A DNA stretch of 64,000 nucleotides from Candidatus Cloacimonadales bacterium (GCA_963667035.1 OY762964.1:512001-576000); one strand, 5' to 3'. Shown: positions 1 to 10,641, numbered from the stretch's first letter. The notes: a model not told the origin generated them from the sequence alone. A program made the numbers and translations.

Positions 1-99
1 TGTTGATTTCACTTCATTCAGTTCAACAGTCATTTTCTCAGAGGAGTCTTCTTCCCTGATTATCGTTCCGGTACGGTCCTTTTCTACTTTTTCGGACAT
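1..99 (-). CDS. 5' part of a gene running off the window (MSEKVEKDRTGTIIREEDSSEKMTVELNEVKST...); product unknown
   Basis: ATG at 99-97 preceded by GGAGG on the minus strand; open frame to the window edge. Confidence 0.7.
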   Translation of the reverse strand, partial: MSEKVEKDRTGTIIREEDSSEKMTVELNEVKST

Positions 100-316
100 C
101 GTTTTCCTCCAATGTTAAACAAAATTGAAGTCAACATACTCATGTTTATATAAATAGCAAGCTTTTTCGACTTTTTTAACATTGCTCCTGTAGTCGTAAT
201 TCCGCTTAAAACCCTCTACTAAAGGCTTTAACATGGTTTTGTGTAACTTTGGATTTTTTTGTAATGACAGCTCTCTAATATACCTATTCACCTTTTTTAC
301 AAAATTTATACCTTTA

Positions 317-718
317 TTAACCCTCTGTAATTGCTAAGATTATTTCCCTGTTTCTTGCTCCGTCGAATTCGCAGAAATACACGCCTTGCCAGCGTCCGAG
401 TAACAACTCGTTGTTATGGATTATTATCCTGCAATCGGTTCCTGTTAATGTAGATAGAAGATGAGCATCCGAGTTGCCTTCATAGTGTTTGAACTCCGGT
501 CTATCGGGTGAAAGAATATCAAAACTGTGGAGTAAATCCTTAACAACATCCGGATCGGCACATTCGTTTATTGTTATACCTGCAGTAGTGTGAGGACAGA
601 AAACCGTTATAATACCATTATCTATTCCCGAGTCTTTAACAATAGACTCTATCTTTTGGGTAATATTCACCATCTGTTTTCTGCTATTCGTTTTTATAGC
701 AATTCTTTTTATTATCAT
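317..718 (-). CDS. yjbQ: YjbQ/UPF0047 family protein
   Basis: Motifs FCPHTTAGITINE, HYEGNSDAH, LGRWQGVYFCEFDG; start set at MIIKR after GGGAGG. Confidence 0.9.
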   Translation of the reverse strand: MIIKRIAIKTNSRKQMVNITQKIESIVKDSGIDNGIITVFCPHTTAGITINECADPDVVKDLLHSFDILSPDRPEFKHYEGNSDAHLLSTLTGTDCRIIIHNNELLLGRWQGVYFCEFDGARNREIILAITEG

Positions 719-894
719 AAATCCTCCCAATGGTAGGTTGAATATGGTTTAATAATTTGTCAATCTGATGTCTGATTTAGTGTAAATGGACTTCCTTATG
801 ATAATATTGTTTAAAAAAGGAATCTACAGTGCGTTTTATGCATAGTTTCAGAGATGCTACGATCTTCAACTGAACTTACTTTTCTCGATTTACC

Positions 895-1006
895 AACGCA
901 CTATGTTCGCACTGTGAATGCACTGTGTTCCCGGTATCCACTCACTGAAACACTGGGTTAGCAGTGCTTTTACAGTGCGAACGCAGTGGGAAGAAAGGAC
1001 TTTGGT
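895..1006. repeat. 11-bp-phased CACTG/CAGTG quasi-palindromic intergenic element, copy 1
   Basis: Ungapped match to 22522-22633 (82/112 identical by hand count); inverted arms 899-937 and 950-988. Confidence 0.85.
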
Positions 1007-1238
1007 TAAGAGTCTGCTGAATGGGAAAAAAGTGAATAAATATACACATTTTTGGAATATTTCCAAAACAAAAATACATAGTTTAGAACAGAAAAGAGTG
1101 GAGATTAACTTAATGAAATCTATCAATAATGCAAAATTAACACGAAAAGTGTTGAAAAATATTGAGGTGTAAGGAAAAGTAATATTTGGTTTGACAAGAA
1201 TACATAATCTTCAATATTAAGAAGAATCGGGAGGAATA

Positions 1239-1550
1239 ATGAAAAGGAAAAATGAAAAGTCCAAGAAATCAACTGTTCGTATAGTAGTGATTTGTATATT
1301 TCTTTCGATTATGTATCTTTCTTTTATCGACCATTTCAGTTTGGTTAAAGTAATTAAAGCAAAGCTAAAAACATCCCGGCTGGAAAGTAAGCTTGCAGAA
1401 GTAAATAAAGCAAACGAAGAGCTTAAAGATAAGAATGAATCTCTCAAGAAGAGCGATGATGAGATAGAGAGAATCGCCCGAGAGCAATTTGGTTATCGCA
1501 AGAAAGATGAGAATGAAGTTAGATTTATTGATAAAAAAGAAATAGAGTAG
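1239..1550 (+). CDS. divIC: Septum formation initiator (FtsB/DivIC family)
   Basis: N-terminal TM, coiled coil, IERIAREQFGY motif; GGAGG RBS. Confidence 0.85.
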   Translation: MKRKNEKSKKSTVRIVVICIFLSIMYLSFIDHFSLVKVIKAKLKTSRLESKLAEVNKANEELKDKNESLKKSDDEIERIAREQFGYRKKDENEVRFIDKKEIE

Positions 1551-1558
1551 AGGAATTT

Positions 1559-2662
1559 ATGGCAAAAGTTGTAGTATCGAATGTAAACAAGATTTATGAA
1601 AATGGATTTCATGCGGTCAAAGGTGCAGACTTTGTAGCTGAAGATAAAGAGTTTGTAGTACTTGTCGGTCCGTCAGGTTGTGGTAAGACAACAACTTTAC
1701 GCTTAATTGCAGGATTGGAGGATATCACTGACGGAAAGATTTTGATTGGTGAAAAAGTGGTAAATGATGTGTTACCCAAAGATAGAGATATTGCTATGGT
1801 ATTCCAGAACTATGCACTGTATCCTCATATGACTGTTTTCAATAATATGGCTTTTGCACTTAAATTACGTAAAACTCCTAAAGACGAGATAAAAAAGAAA
1901 GTTCAAGATGCTGCTGATTTATTGGGTATAGGGCATCTACTTGATAGAAAACCAAAACAGCTTTCGGGTGGACAAAGACAACGTGTAGCTCTAGGTCGTG
2001 CGATTGTTAGAAACCCTAAAGTATTCTTGTTTGATGAACCTTTGTCCAATCTTGATGCCAAGTTACGTGTACAAATGAGAGCTGAAATCTCAAAGTTAAG
2101 CAAGAAACTAGCTACTACAATGATTTATGTTACACATGATCAAGTTGAAGCAATGACAATGGCTGATAAGATTGTTGTCATGAAAGATGGAGTTGTTAAT
2201 CAAATTGACTCTCCACTGAATGTTTATAATCAACCGGCGAATCTTTTCGTAGCAGGTTTTATAGGAAGTCCTTCTATTAACATCTTTAACGGAAAATTGA
2301 AACGCAATGGAGAAACACTGATATTTGTCGCAGATAATTTTGAATTGGAGTTATCTCCCAAACAGATAGCTAAAGTAAAACATCTTGAAGGCAAAGAAGC
2401 TATCATGGGAATAAGACCGGAAGATATTTATGATTCGGAATTCGATTCAATGGCTACTTCACCTCAGAAGATAAAGGCTGTGTGCGATCTTGTAGAACCA
2501 ATGGGTAATGAGTTTACTGTATTCTTTATTTGTGGGGATGATAAGTTTACAGCTAGATTCGACCCTAAGAAATTCCCTGCTCTCAATGCAGAGATGTCAG
2601 TTACTTTCGATATGGAGAAAATACATTTCTTTGATAAAGATTCAGAGGAGTGCATTTACTAA
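1559..2662 (+). CDS. Sugar ABC transporter ATP-binding protein (MalK/MsmX/UgpC family)
   Basis: Walker A GPSGCGKT, VFQNYALYPHM, LSGGQRQR, DEPLSNLDAKLR, C-terminal TOBE-like region. Confidence 0.95.
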   Translation: MAKVVVSNVNKIYENGFHAVKGADFVAEDKEFVVLVGPSGCGKTTTLRLIAGLEDITDGKILIGEKVVNDVLPKDRDIAMVFQNYALYPHMTVFNNMAFALKLRKTPKDEIKKKVQDAADLLGIGHLLDRKPKQLSGGQRQRVALGRAIVRNPKVFLFDEPLSNLDAKLRVQMRAEISKLSKKLATTMIYVTHDQVEAMTMADKIVVMKDGVVNQIDSPLNVYNQPANLFVAGFIGSPSINIFNGKLKRNGETLIFVADNFELELSPKQIAKVKHLEGKEAIMGIRPEDIYDSEFDSMATSPQKIKAVCDLVEPMGNEFTVFFICGDDKFTARFDPKKFPALNAEMSVTFDMEKIHFFDKDSEECIY

Positions 2663-2675
2663 ATAAACTATCCCG

Positions 2676-2694
2676 GCCCCTGATTGTCAGGGGC
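2676..2694 (+). terminator. Stem-loop downstream of the ABC ATPase gene
   Basis: GCCCCTGA-ttg-TCAGGGGC, weak T tail. Confidence 0.5.
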
Positions 2695-2719
2695 TTAATT
2701 CTTCCCATCAATTCGAGGC

Positions 2720-3475
2720 ATGCTAAAGAAGTACTATATCCTGATGGGATTGATATTAATCTCAATACTTTATCTAGACTGCAAGCAAGTCTATCTTTCT
2801 AATACTCCTTACACAATAGCTACTTCCGGTATACCTGAAGCAGATAAATTATCATTTAGCTTATCTTCTGGTGTAACTTGTTACTTTAGCGAATCGGATT
2901 TGTTTGTTAAGAACCTGATATGGTCTCAACGAAGAAAATACACAACAAACTCACTAAAGGTAAGTAATCTATCCAATCAGTATATCAATGAGATACAGAC
3001 AGAATTCGAAATCGGTTATTGGTCGGAGAATATAGCCTTAAGCTCGAATGCCGGTGTCAGCTATTCCAAAGCTAAAGGATATGATTCAATTGAAACATAT
3101 TCGCTGGATTTTATAGCAAATTGGAAGCTGTGGATTGTTGATTACTATTTTAAAACTGACAACTTGATTAACAAATCCAAAGAAAGAGTTCATCCGCTTA
3201 GAAGAGTAAGTAGTGGACTAATCTACAATGAATTGGATTTTGCAGAGTTAGGGATCGGGGCGTTCTTCGAAGAGGAACATCCATTTGCTCTATCTATGTA
3301 TTCAAAAGTAAAAGTAACTCCCTTAGTTTCCCTTATTGCCAGCTTCAGAACTGATACGGATGCACTAAGCTATGGAATGGAGTTGAAGAAACTACCATTT
3401 AAAGTTCTGTATGCAGTTAGGTCTCATCCTGAACTGAAACTAACCCATGCAATATCCATCTCTTATTCAAAGTAA
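2720..3475 (+). CDS. Hypothetical exported, probable outer-membrane beta-barrel protein
   Basis: Signal peptide; alternating beta-strand pattern; C-terminal HPELKLTHAISISY. Confidence 0.6.
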   Translation: MLKKYYILMGLILISILYLDCKQVYLSNTPYTIATSGIPEADKLSFSLSSGVTCYFSESDLFVKNLIWSQRRKYTTNSLKVSNLSNQYINEIQTEFEIGYWSENIALSSNAGVSYSKAKGYDSIETYSLDFIANWKLWIVDYYFKTDNLINKSKERVHPLRRVSSGLIYNELDFAELGIGAFFEEEHPFALSMYSKVKVTPLVSLIASFRTDTDALSYGMELKKLPFKVLYAVRSHPELKLTHAISISYSK

Positions 3476-5003
3476 ACTACCGATTGTACTCCTATTTGTA
3501 TTTGCTTATACATCAATTCTATCTCTGGAAATGTTTACAGATTATTCAGAGTTTGATAATGATACGGAAGATTACATCATACTCCAAAGCATACTTGATT
3601 CCGGTATAAATATAAACACTGTGAGCATAGAGGAGCTTGAAATACTTGGATTAGACAGGAATGAGATAGACGAATTGGTGAAATTGAGAGAAATGAACGA
3701 TGATATTACCGTCAGCGATTTAAGAGCAAAACTAAGCATTGGTAACAAGCTGTTTGTATATGAGGAGTATCTTTTACTGTCTGATAAAAGAGATTTTAAA
3801 GCTAAATCAGTTATAACAGGCAAAATGACGGATGGGAAGTACAGAATCTCTACGATAGAAGAGCTTAAAGTAAACAATTGTGTTACTTCATTGTCAGTTA
3901 ATAATGATAGAATTAAGTTTTGTTCGTATTCAAAGCAATTGGGGTTATTGGATTATTCCTTAGGAAGTTTTAAGTATAACTTTGGGAATGGTCTGATATT
4001 GCAAGCAACACAGAGAACCGGGATTTACTATACTCCGGAAATTTCATTGTGGAGTGATAAAAGATATGCCGGAGGTTTAATTAAATTACAACATAAAGCT
4101 TTGACTGTTAATGCTTTTTGCTTGTCAGATGCTAAAATCCCGGAACAAACAATAGTAACACCTGAGCAGGACAGAACTGCTGAGATCTCAGGCATAACTC
4201 TTAAATATAAAACTGTTTCATTACTTGCAAGTAGGCAGACAATACAAGGAGAAAGGGAAAGATACTTCTACAGTTTTTTCTATCAATGTAATAGTAAATT
4301 CGGTTCAATTGAATTGGAAGGAATTATCAATGAAAAACCTTCAATAAGCTCGAAAGTGGTTACAAAATACAAACAATTTAAGCAGACGGTTAAAATCAAT
4401 CACGTGAATGAATCCCAGAAAAGACCATTCTCAAACTATTATAATGATTTCTATTATTACGACTCTTTTCAATGCTTTTTATGGAAAATCGAAAGGATTG
4501 GATTTATAAAACCTGAGATAGATATCAGCTATTACAAGAGTTCGGAATACAAACATATCAAAAGCAGTAAGAAGATTGGTATAAAAGTGGGAACGGATAG
4601 TTATGTTAAACTATACTTGAAGCACATTGACAGAGTTGGTACGGAGGAATTGAAATTCGGTATGGAGACAGGTGCAACAATTTCAAAAATGCTAAGAAAC
4701 AGAACTGTTTTCAGTTTTCTTAATAAAGCTGATAAAAGGTCATATTCCCTTTTAAGCAGATTCTACCTTACCTTTAGCAAAGCTAATTGCTTCTTTGAGA
4801 TAAAAGCAACTAAATCAGAGATAAATCTGTATAGCTCTAATGATTATCTTGAATACAATGAAATAACAGTAAACGATATATTTACCATTGCCGGAGGACT
4901 AAATTACAGCCCCATAGAAGTGATTACTGTAAATGCAGTTATAAAGAAACAGTTAAGTAGTAATGAGATGAATGCCAGGATAACACTTTACGTCAGAATA
5001 TAA
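3447..5003 (+). CDS. Helix-hairpin-helix (ComEA-like) domain exported/outer-membrane protein
   Basis: ININTVSIEELEILGL HhH-like motif after a signal peptide; beta-rich C-terminal part. Confidence 0.6.
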   Translation: MQYPSLIQSKLPIVLLFVFAYTSILSLEMFTDYSEFDNDTEDYIILQSILDSGININTVSIEELEILGLDRNEIDELVKLREMNDDITVSDLRAKLSIGNKLFVYEEYLLLSDKRDFKAKSVITGKMTDGKYRISTIEELKVNNCVTSLSVNNDRIKFCSYSKQLGLLDYSLGSFKYNFGNGLILQATQRTGIYYTPEISLWSDKRYAGGLIKLQHKALTVNAFCLSDAKIPEQTIVTPEQDRTAEISGITLKYKTVSLLASRQTIQGERERYFYSFFYQCNSKFGSIELEGIINEKPSISSKVVTKYKQFKQTVKINHVNESQKRPFSNYYNDFYYYDSFQCFLWKIERIGFIKPEIDISYYKSSEYKHIKSSKKIGIKVGTDSYVKLYLKHIDRVGTEELKFGMETGATISKMLRNRTVFSFLNKADKRSYSLLSRFYLTFSKANCFFEIKATKSEINLYSSNDYLEYNEITVNDIFTIAGGLNYSPIEVITVNAVIKKQLSSNEMNARITLYVRI

Positions 5004-5131
5004 AAGTTTTTTTATAAACATTTGTCCCATATTATATTACAATTATGGTGGTCTTAAAGAATAAAACAACTACTAATTAGTTATTGACAATTCTATAATC
5101 GGACATATCGATTGGTAAACGGGGAAGACAA

Positions 5132-8100
5132 ATGACAAAGAAAGAGAAAAGACTGGCAGGAAGCTTTCAAAAGATTCTAATCATTAGTACAATCTTGAGT
5201 GTAGCAATAATCTTTGCTTTCAGAATGGTGTGGCACTATTCATTCCTGAAATCGGGATTAAGCTCAACAGAAGATAGTATTAAGAAACTGTATCAGAAAG
5301 AAGTTAAGAATTATGCTAAGTATAATGCAAGATACTTAGATGAGTTTTTAGATGATCTACAGAATATTATTGAAAGAGAAATAGGTTTATGTGGTAACTC
5401 GCTACACAGTGTTACCGAATCAATCTACAGAGAGAATAGTTTTAAGCTTGGAGAAGTTGAAACCAAGAGAAAAATAGAAGAGAACCTCTGGCATCTGAAA
5501 GATTCATACTTCTTAAATTCTATTACTATCATAGATTCTAATGGCACTATTATAATGACAAATGGAATTGACGGTATTGAAGGAAAGAGTGTTTACAGTT
5601 TTCTCAGTCATGAAGCACAAGATTATACCAGAAAAGAGATTAGAAATTTGTTCAATTCTCCCGATTTGACTAAGAATAAATATCTCAGCTATTTTTGGAT
5701 TTTATGGTTACATAATTATAGGAACAATATATATTCTGATGAAGAAGAAACTTTAGGAGCTGTACCTCCTGTTATTATAACCGATAAGCTCAAGCAGACA
5801 ATCCCCCCGTTTAGAAGCATTATCATAAATCATTATGTAAATGATAGAGAGATAGGAACCGTTTTAGGATTCAGAGAATTCAAACCATATAAATGGGGAA
5901 TCATATATGAATACAACATGGGAGATAGATGGTCTGAAACTTTAAATAGGAAGCTAGACGAGGTTTATACCTTGGTTCAAGGACTGTATGAAGATGTAAA
6001 GGTAATGTCTCTTTTTATTGATAGTAGAACCGAGAAGCATATATTTCTTGGGAATAAAGATTACTGGCTTGCTAAAAAAGATTTAATTTCATTCATAAAA
6101 AAGACTCTAATTGAAAATTATAAAGATAGGGAAGAAAAAGAAGGATTCTTCTCCTTTGAATATCCCTACGGTAAGAATTCAAAGAACTACATTTGTAGTT
6201 ACAAATTCACGACCAATCCTAAAGGGGTCTCTGTAACCGTCATAGAAGAAGGTGCCAAGTTTATGGGCACAGATTACTTAGGGACGATGTTCAAGAAACA
6301 GACAGTAGTAGAGGTTTTAATCATTATATTATTGTTAAGTATATTACTTGTAATAGTACTATTTTGGACACGTTATATAAGAAGGAAGCTAGAGCATTAT
6401 GTTGACTATATTTGCAATGCTTTCAATTCATATACCCCGGGAGTAGTCCCTTTTGAAATGTCTGAATTCAGGTATTGGGAATGGCAGAAAGTTGCTGATG
6501 CTGCGAACAATATGTTGGAGCAAAGATCTAAGATAGAATATGAATTAGATAGTGAAAGAGCATTAACAGAGCAGCTTTTTTCTAGGAATATAAATGCTGT
6601 GGTTTTGATAACTCCCAGTGGGAAAATCATGAAAGCCAACCCTTCCTTTAACATACTGTTTGGATATGAGGATGAAGAGGTCGTCGGTAAGAACATTGAT
6701 GATTTGATTGTTCCTGATGGTATGATGGCAGAGGCTACATGTTATACTAATCAAGCGGTAACAATTGATAATATAAGCTTTGAAGCTAGAAGGAAGCATA
6801 AATGCGGTAGATTGATTGATGTACAAGTTTATACTACTCCCGTTATCGTTAATGATAATGTTGTTGCAATCTATAGTATATATGAAGACATATCATTAAA
6901 GAAGAAAGCCGAACAGCAGATTATAAAGGCTAAAGAAGAAGCCTTAGCAGCATCGAAAGCTAAATCAAGCTTCTTAGCAACTGTAAGTCATGAAATACGC
7001 ACACCTTTAAATGGTATTATTGGTATGACAGAAGTCATGACAAATACTGCACTCAATAAAGAACAGCATGAATACCTGGAGATTATACAGAATAGTGGAG
7101 AAACTCTATTGGTTATTATTAATGATATTCTTGATTTATCTAAGATGGAATCTGGTAACTTGGATATTGTAGATAAGATGTTTGATTTGGATAGATGTCT
7201 TGCTTCTTGCTTGGATGTTATCAGCTCAGAAGCCGAACATAAAGGAATTGAAACAATACTAGCTATCGAACCTTCAGTTCCTAAATTAATATCAGCAGAT
7301 GAGTTCAGGATAAGGCAGGTTTTACTTAATTTCATTAGTAATGCAATCAAGTTTACCGAAAATGGTGAGATACAACTTAGGGTTAGTATAGTAGAGGAAA
7401 ATAGCTCCAATATGCAACTACGATTTGAGCTCTCAGATACCGGTATTGGAATACCGGAAGACAAACTTGAGAGTATATTTGATACATTTACTCAAGCCGA
7501 TTCTACAATAACCCGTAAGTATGGAGGAACCGGATTAGGTCTGGCAATATCTCGTAAGATTATCCAGTTACTGGGAGGGGAAATCAATGTCCAAAGTAAA
7601 GTAGGTGAAGGGACAGTTTTTAGTTTTGAACTCAATGTGGGCGAGTGGGAGAGAGTTCCTCTCGATGCAAAGATTATTAGTAACATTAAGAATAACAAAG
7701 CTTTACTTGTTGATTCCAACGATAATTCTATTCAAGTACATAGAAAGTATTTAGAAAGCTTCTCATTGAAAGTAGAAGTGGTCAAAACTTGCATTGAAGC
7801 AAAAAGCTTGTTAAGCAATGGTTCTAACTATGACTATTGCATAATAAACGACAACATACCTGATAATGGGTACTTTAAACTGGCTAAAGAGATACGTAAA
7901 GTTAATAGTAGTGAACATTTAAAACTAATTTTTCTAAAGTATCCAGGAGCAACTTCAAGTACCTTATCATACTTCCAAGCGATTTTGAGAAAACCGGTTT
8001 CTCTATATAGACTTTTACCTGCATTTATGGAAGATAACAGAGAGCTTAGAGAGCAAAAGTCTCAAATTAGCAGGGAGCTCTATAATGCTTTTGCTGAAGA

Positions 8101-8482
8101 GTTTCCTCTAAGAATACTATTAGCGGAAGATAATATAGTTAATCAAAAACTTGCATATCACCTACTTGGAAAACTTGGGTATTCTTTAGATATTGTTGAT
8201 AATGGTCAGATTGCTTTAGAATATTGTCTAAGAGATAAGTATGATATTGTGCTTATGGATCTACAAATGCCGGTTATGGACGGCATAACTGCCTCAAAAG
8301 AGATAATCGCTCGTATCCCAAAAAAGGAACGACCGTATCTCATTGCTCTAACTGCTAACTCTGCTGAGTTAAACAGAAAAGAGTGCCTTGATATTGGTAT
8401 GGACGATTTTATCTCAAAACCTTTTAAAGCTAGAGAGTTAAAAGAAAGATTCGTAAAAGTCTATAACGAGAAATATATGTAA
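5132..8482 (+). CDS. Membrane hybrid sensor histidine kinase (extracytoplasmic sensor, PAS, HisKA, HATPase, degenerate REC, REC)
   Basis: SHEIRTPLNG H-box, NAIKFT, DTGIGI, GGTGLGLAI, C-terminal LLAEDN...LMDLQMP receiver. Confidence 0.95.
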   Translation: MTKKEKRLAGSFQKILIISTILSVAIIFAFRMVWHYSFLKSGLSSTEDSIKKLYQKEVKNYAKYNARYLDEFLDDLQNIIEREIGLCGNSLHSVTESIYRENSFKLGEVETKRKIEENLWHLKDSYFLNSITIIDSNGTIIMTNGIDGIEGKSVYSFLSHEAQDYTRKEIRNLFNSPDLTKNKYLSYFWILWLHNYRNNIYSDEEETLGAVPPVIITDKLKQTIPPFRSIIINHYVNDREIGTVLGFREFKPYKWGIIYEYNMGDRWSETLNRKLDEVYTLVQGLYEDVKVMSLFIDSRTEKHIFLGNKDYWLAKKDLISFIKKTLIENYKDREEKEGFFSFEYPYGKNSKNYICSYKFTTNPKGVSVTVIEEGAKFMGTDYLGTMFKKQTVVEVLIIILLLSILLVIVLFWTRYIRRKLEHYVDYICNAFNSYTPGVVPFEMSEFRYWEWQKVADAANNMLEQRSKIEYELDSERALTEQLFSRNINAVVLITPSGKIMKANPSFNILFGYEDEEVVGKNIDDLIVPDGMMAEATCYTNQAVTIDNISFEARRKHKCGRLIDVQVYTTPVIVNDNVVAIYSIYEDISLKKKAEQQIIKAKEEALAASKAKSSFLATVSHEIRTPLNGIIGMTEVMTNTALNKEQHEYLEIIQNSGETLLVIINDILDLSKMESGNLDIVDKMFDLDRCLASCLDVISSEAEHKGIETILAIEPSVPKLISADEFRIRQVLLNFISNAIKFTENGEIQLRVSIVEENSSNMQLRFELSDTGIGIPEDKLESIFDTFTQADSTITRKYGGTGLGLAISRKIIQLLGGEINVQSKVGEGTVFSFELNVGEWERVPLDAKIISNIKNNKALLVDSNDNSIQVHRKYLESFSLKVEVVKTCIEAKSLLSNGSNYDYCIINDNIPDNGYFKLAKEIRKVNSSEHLKLIFLKYPGATSSTLSYFQAILRKPVSLYRLLPAFMEDNRELREQKSQISRELYNAFAEEFPLRILLAEDNIVNQKLAYHLLGKLGYSLDIVDNGQIALEYCLRDKYDIVLMDLQMPVMDGITASKEIIARIPKKERPYLIALTANSAELNRKECLDIGMDDFISKPFKARELKERFVKVYNEKYM

Positions 8483-8511
8483 TCTACAAGTAAGGTTGCA
8501 GAAAGTATCTT

Positions 8512-10497
8512 TTACCACAATCCTTTCTTATAGTTGAATGTAGAGCTATTAGGAGGATTTGTGCCTTTGCCATAGAAACTCAATAATTGCTTTATAAGCT
8601 GATTACCGGGTTTGGTATAGGATAAGTCAATCAGAAAGCTCTTGAATCCTTTATCTTGAAGTCTTTTCTTTAAATTAAAGATTGCAATTGGATTTTTCGG
8701 CATGACATAAGTTATCCCATTTCTGTGATCCATCAGATACTTATTATCTTCATCTTTAAATTCATCTGAATACACAGGCATGCGACTTATAAATAGTTCC
8801 GGATAGAAATACAGAGGAACTATTCCACCCTTCAATCTATATTGAGTAAGATTCGGAAAGTCGTTTTCCAATGGATATACAAATGAGGATATGCCCTGAC
8901 GTTGAAGAAAGTCTATACTCAAATCATTCAGACAGTATTCCTTTTCATTAGTTATAAACACGAGCTTCTGTTCAGAAGGGAAAAGCTCTTTTTGGCTAAT
9001 ACTACTTAGTGAATAGTTATAATAACCCAAAGATATTAATTGTGAAAGAACATCCTTAACTTGTTCCAAATTATATTCCGGAATAAAATAAGGTAGCTCT
9101 AAGAATATGTTTTTAAGTAAACTTGATTTTAATTGGGGAACTTGAAGTGCTTTATCAAACTCAATCCTAATGATTACCCCTGCAAACTTCCTTACATCCA
9201 ATACATCTAGCCAATCCAGTTTGTTTATTCTTAGGAACAATCCTTTGGAAACTCCGGTAGGCTTATATTTAAGATCGGTTACAAGTTTCTTTTGCTTCTC
9301 TTGAGAAAGCGGTGTTAGATGTTTGCTGTTTTTTAAGCGTATCCTAGGTGGTTTATAACTATTGTCCGAAACCAGATATACTTGCTCTCCCTTACGTACA
9401 TACATGTTTACATCCGGTATATAAATCTGGTCTCCTGAATGAGCAAAATTAGTATCTTCACCTGTTGTTGCATCAATCATGTGCTTAACTTTTATCGGCT
9501 GAGCATCTCTACCGTCAACAGGACGTACTCTAATCATACTTCCCTTTTCTAGTGGAAAGTCAAGTACCATAGTGAGAACTTGTTTTCCCGTAACAGTTAC
9601 TTCTCCTATTCTTTTACCGGTGAAAACATCAGAGCCAATAGCTTTGCTTATATTGCCTCCCATGAAGTAACCTGTTTTCTCTCTGGCATAATCATCCTGA
9701 AGTATAAGTTTTGCTTCTTCAATTCTAGTGGAATCATCAATAACCATTCTATATGCCTTGGCAACTCTATAAACATACTCAGGACGCTTCATGCGTCCTT
9801 CTATCTTGAGACTTTTTACACCAATTTCAGCTAATAATGGTACTACCTCTATTGATTCCAAGTCTTTTAGACTGAATAAATATTCACTTCCCTTTTTATT
9901 CTGATAGATTCTTCTACAAGGTTGACGGCATTGTCCCCTATTTGCACTCATACCTCCGCAGTAACTACTAAACAAACATTTACCGGAAAATGAATAGCAT
10001 AGAGCTCCATGTATGAAAGTTTCAATATCAATGTTAGACTCATCATGTACTGATCTTATCTCAGGAATTGTTAACTCACGAGCCAGAATTACTCTCGGCA
10101 TCTTTAATGATTCACACAGATGAGCTCCTGCTGAGTTATGAAATCCCATTTGTGTGCTTGCATGAATTTCAACATCAGTTAGTCTTTTTGCTAATGAATA
10201 TACCGCCCAATCTTGGATAATGAAAGCATCTACACCTGTTTGTCCCAGCATGTGTATAGTATCGGCTAAATGCATTAACTCATTGTTTTTGATTAATGTG
10301 TTTAGAGTTAAGTATATCTTAGTATTATTCTTATGAGCATACTCAACAAGAGATGCCAGTTCAAACAATTTAAAATTTACAGCTCTGTTTCTAGCATTAA
10401 ATCTATCAATTCCAAGATAAATAGCATCGGCACCGCCATCAATAGCAGCGGCAAGAGCTTCAGTATTTCCCGCAGGTAGTAATAATTCCGGTTTCAT
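8512..10497 (-). CDS. Peptidase U32 family protein (RlhA/TrhP-like Fe-S RNA hydroxylation family)
   Basis: MKPELLLPAG start, HASTQM, LARE, HGALCYSFSGKC, NRGQCRQPC, SLKIEGRMK. Confidence 0.9.
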   Translation of the reverse strand: MKPELLLPAGNTEALAAAIDGGADAIYLGIDRFNARNRAVNFKLFELASLVEYAHKNNTKIYLTLNTLIKNNELMHLADTIHMLGQTGVDAFIIQDWAVYSLAKRLTDVEIHASTQMGFHNSAGAHLCESLKMPRVILARELTIPEIRSVHDESNIDIETFIHGALCYSFSGKCLFSSYCGGMSANRGQCRQPCRRIYQNKKGSEYLFSLKDLESIEVVPLLAEIGVKSLKIEGRMKRPEYVYRVAKAYRMVIDDSTRIEEAKLILQDDYAREKTGYFMGGNISKAIGSDVFTGKRIGEVTVTGKQVLTMVLDFPLEKGSMIRVRPVDGRDAQPIKVKHMIDATTGEDTNFAHSGDQIYIPDVNMYVRKGEQVYLVSDNSYKPPRIRLKNSKHLTPLSQEKQKKLVTDLKYKPTGVSKGLFLRINKLDWLDVLDVRKFAGVIIRIEFDKALQVPQLKSSLLKNIFLELPYFIPEYNLEQVKDVLSQLISLGYYNYSLSSISQKELFPSEQKLVFITNEKEYCLNDLSIDFLQRQGISSFVYPLENDFPNLTQYRLKGGIVPLYFYPELFISRMPVYSDEFKDEDNKYLMDHRNGITYVMPKNPIAIFNLKKRLQDKGFKSFLIDLSYTKPGNQLIKQLLSFYGKGTNPPNSSTFNYKKGLW

Positions 10498-10594
10498 TAA
10501 CTTATAAATCTCCAAAGCATTTCTAAATGTCATGATTTTCGCAGTGGTTTTATTAGCAAGGTTTTAAATAAATGGGACAAATGACTTATTATAG

Positions 10595-10641
10595 AAAAAA
10601 GGAATCCACCTGATAAGTCTCGACTCCTTACCGGGTGGATT
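10595..10641 (-). terminator. Intrinsic terminator on the minus strand, upstream of the U32 gene
   Basis: Minus-strand AATCCACCCGGTAAG/CTTATCAGGTGGATT stem followed by CCTTTTTT. Confidence 0.7.

Noticed and set aside
895..1006. CRISPR array or integron attC interpretation of the repeat
   Set aside because: No identical repeats with 25-45-nt unique spacers, no cas or integrase gene, and no RYYYAAC/GTTRRRY ends flanking cassettes
890..1172. ORFs 890-1126 (-) and 918-1172 (+)
   Set aside because: They overlie the 11-bp repeat, have no clear RBS, and their resemblance to ORF 22413-22607 is explained by the DNA palindrome
6406..7719. Short antisense ORFs inside the kinase, and similar ones inside other long genes
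   Set aside because: Shadow ORFs opposite well-supported genes
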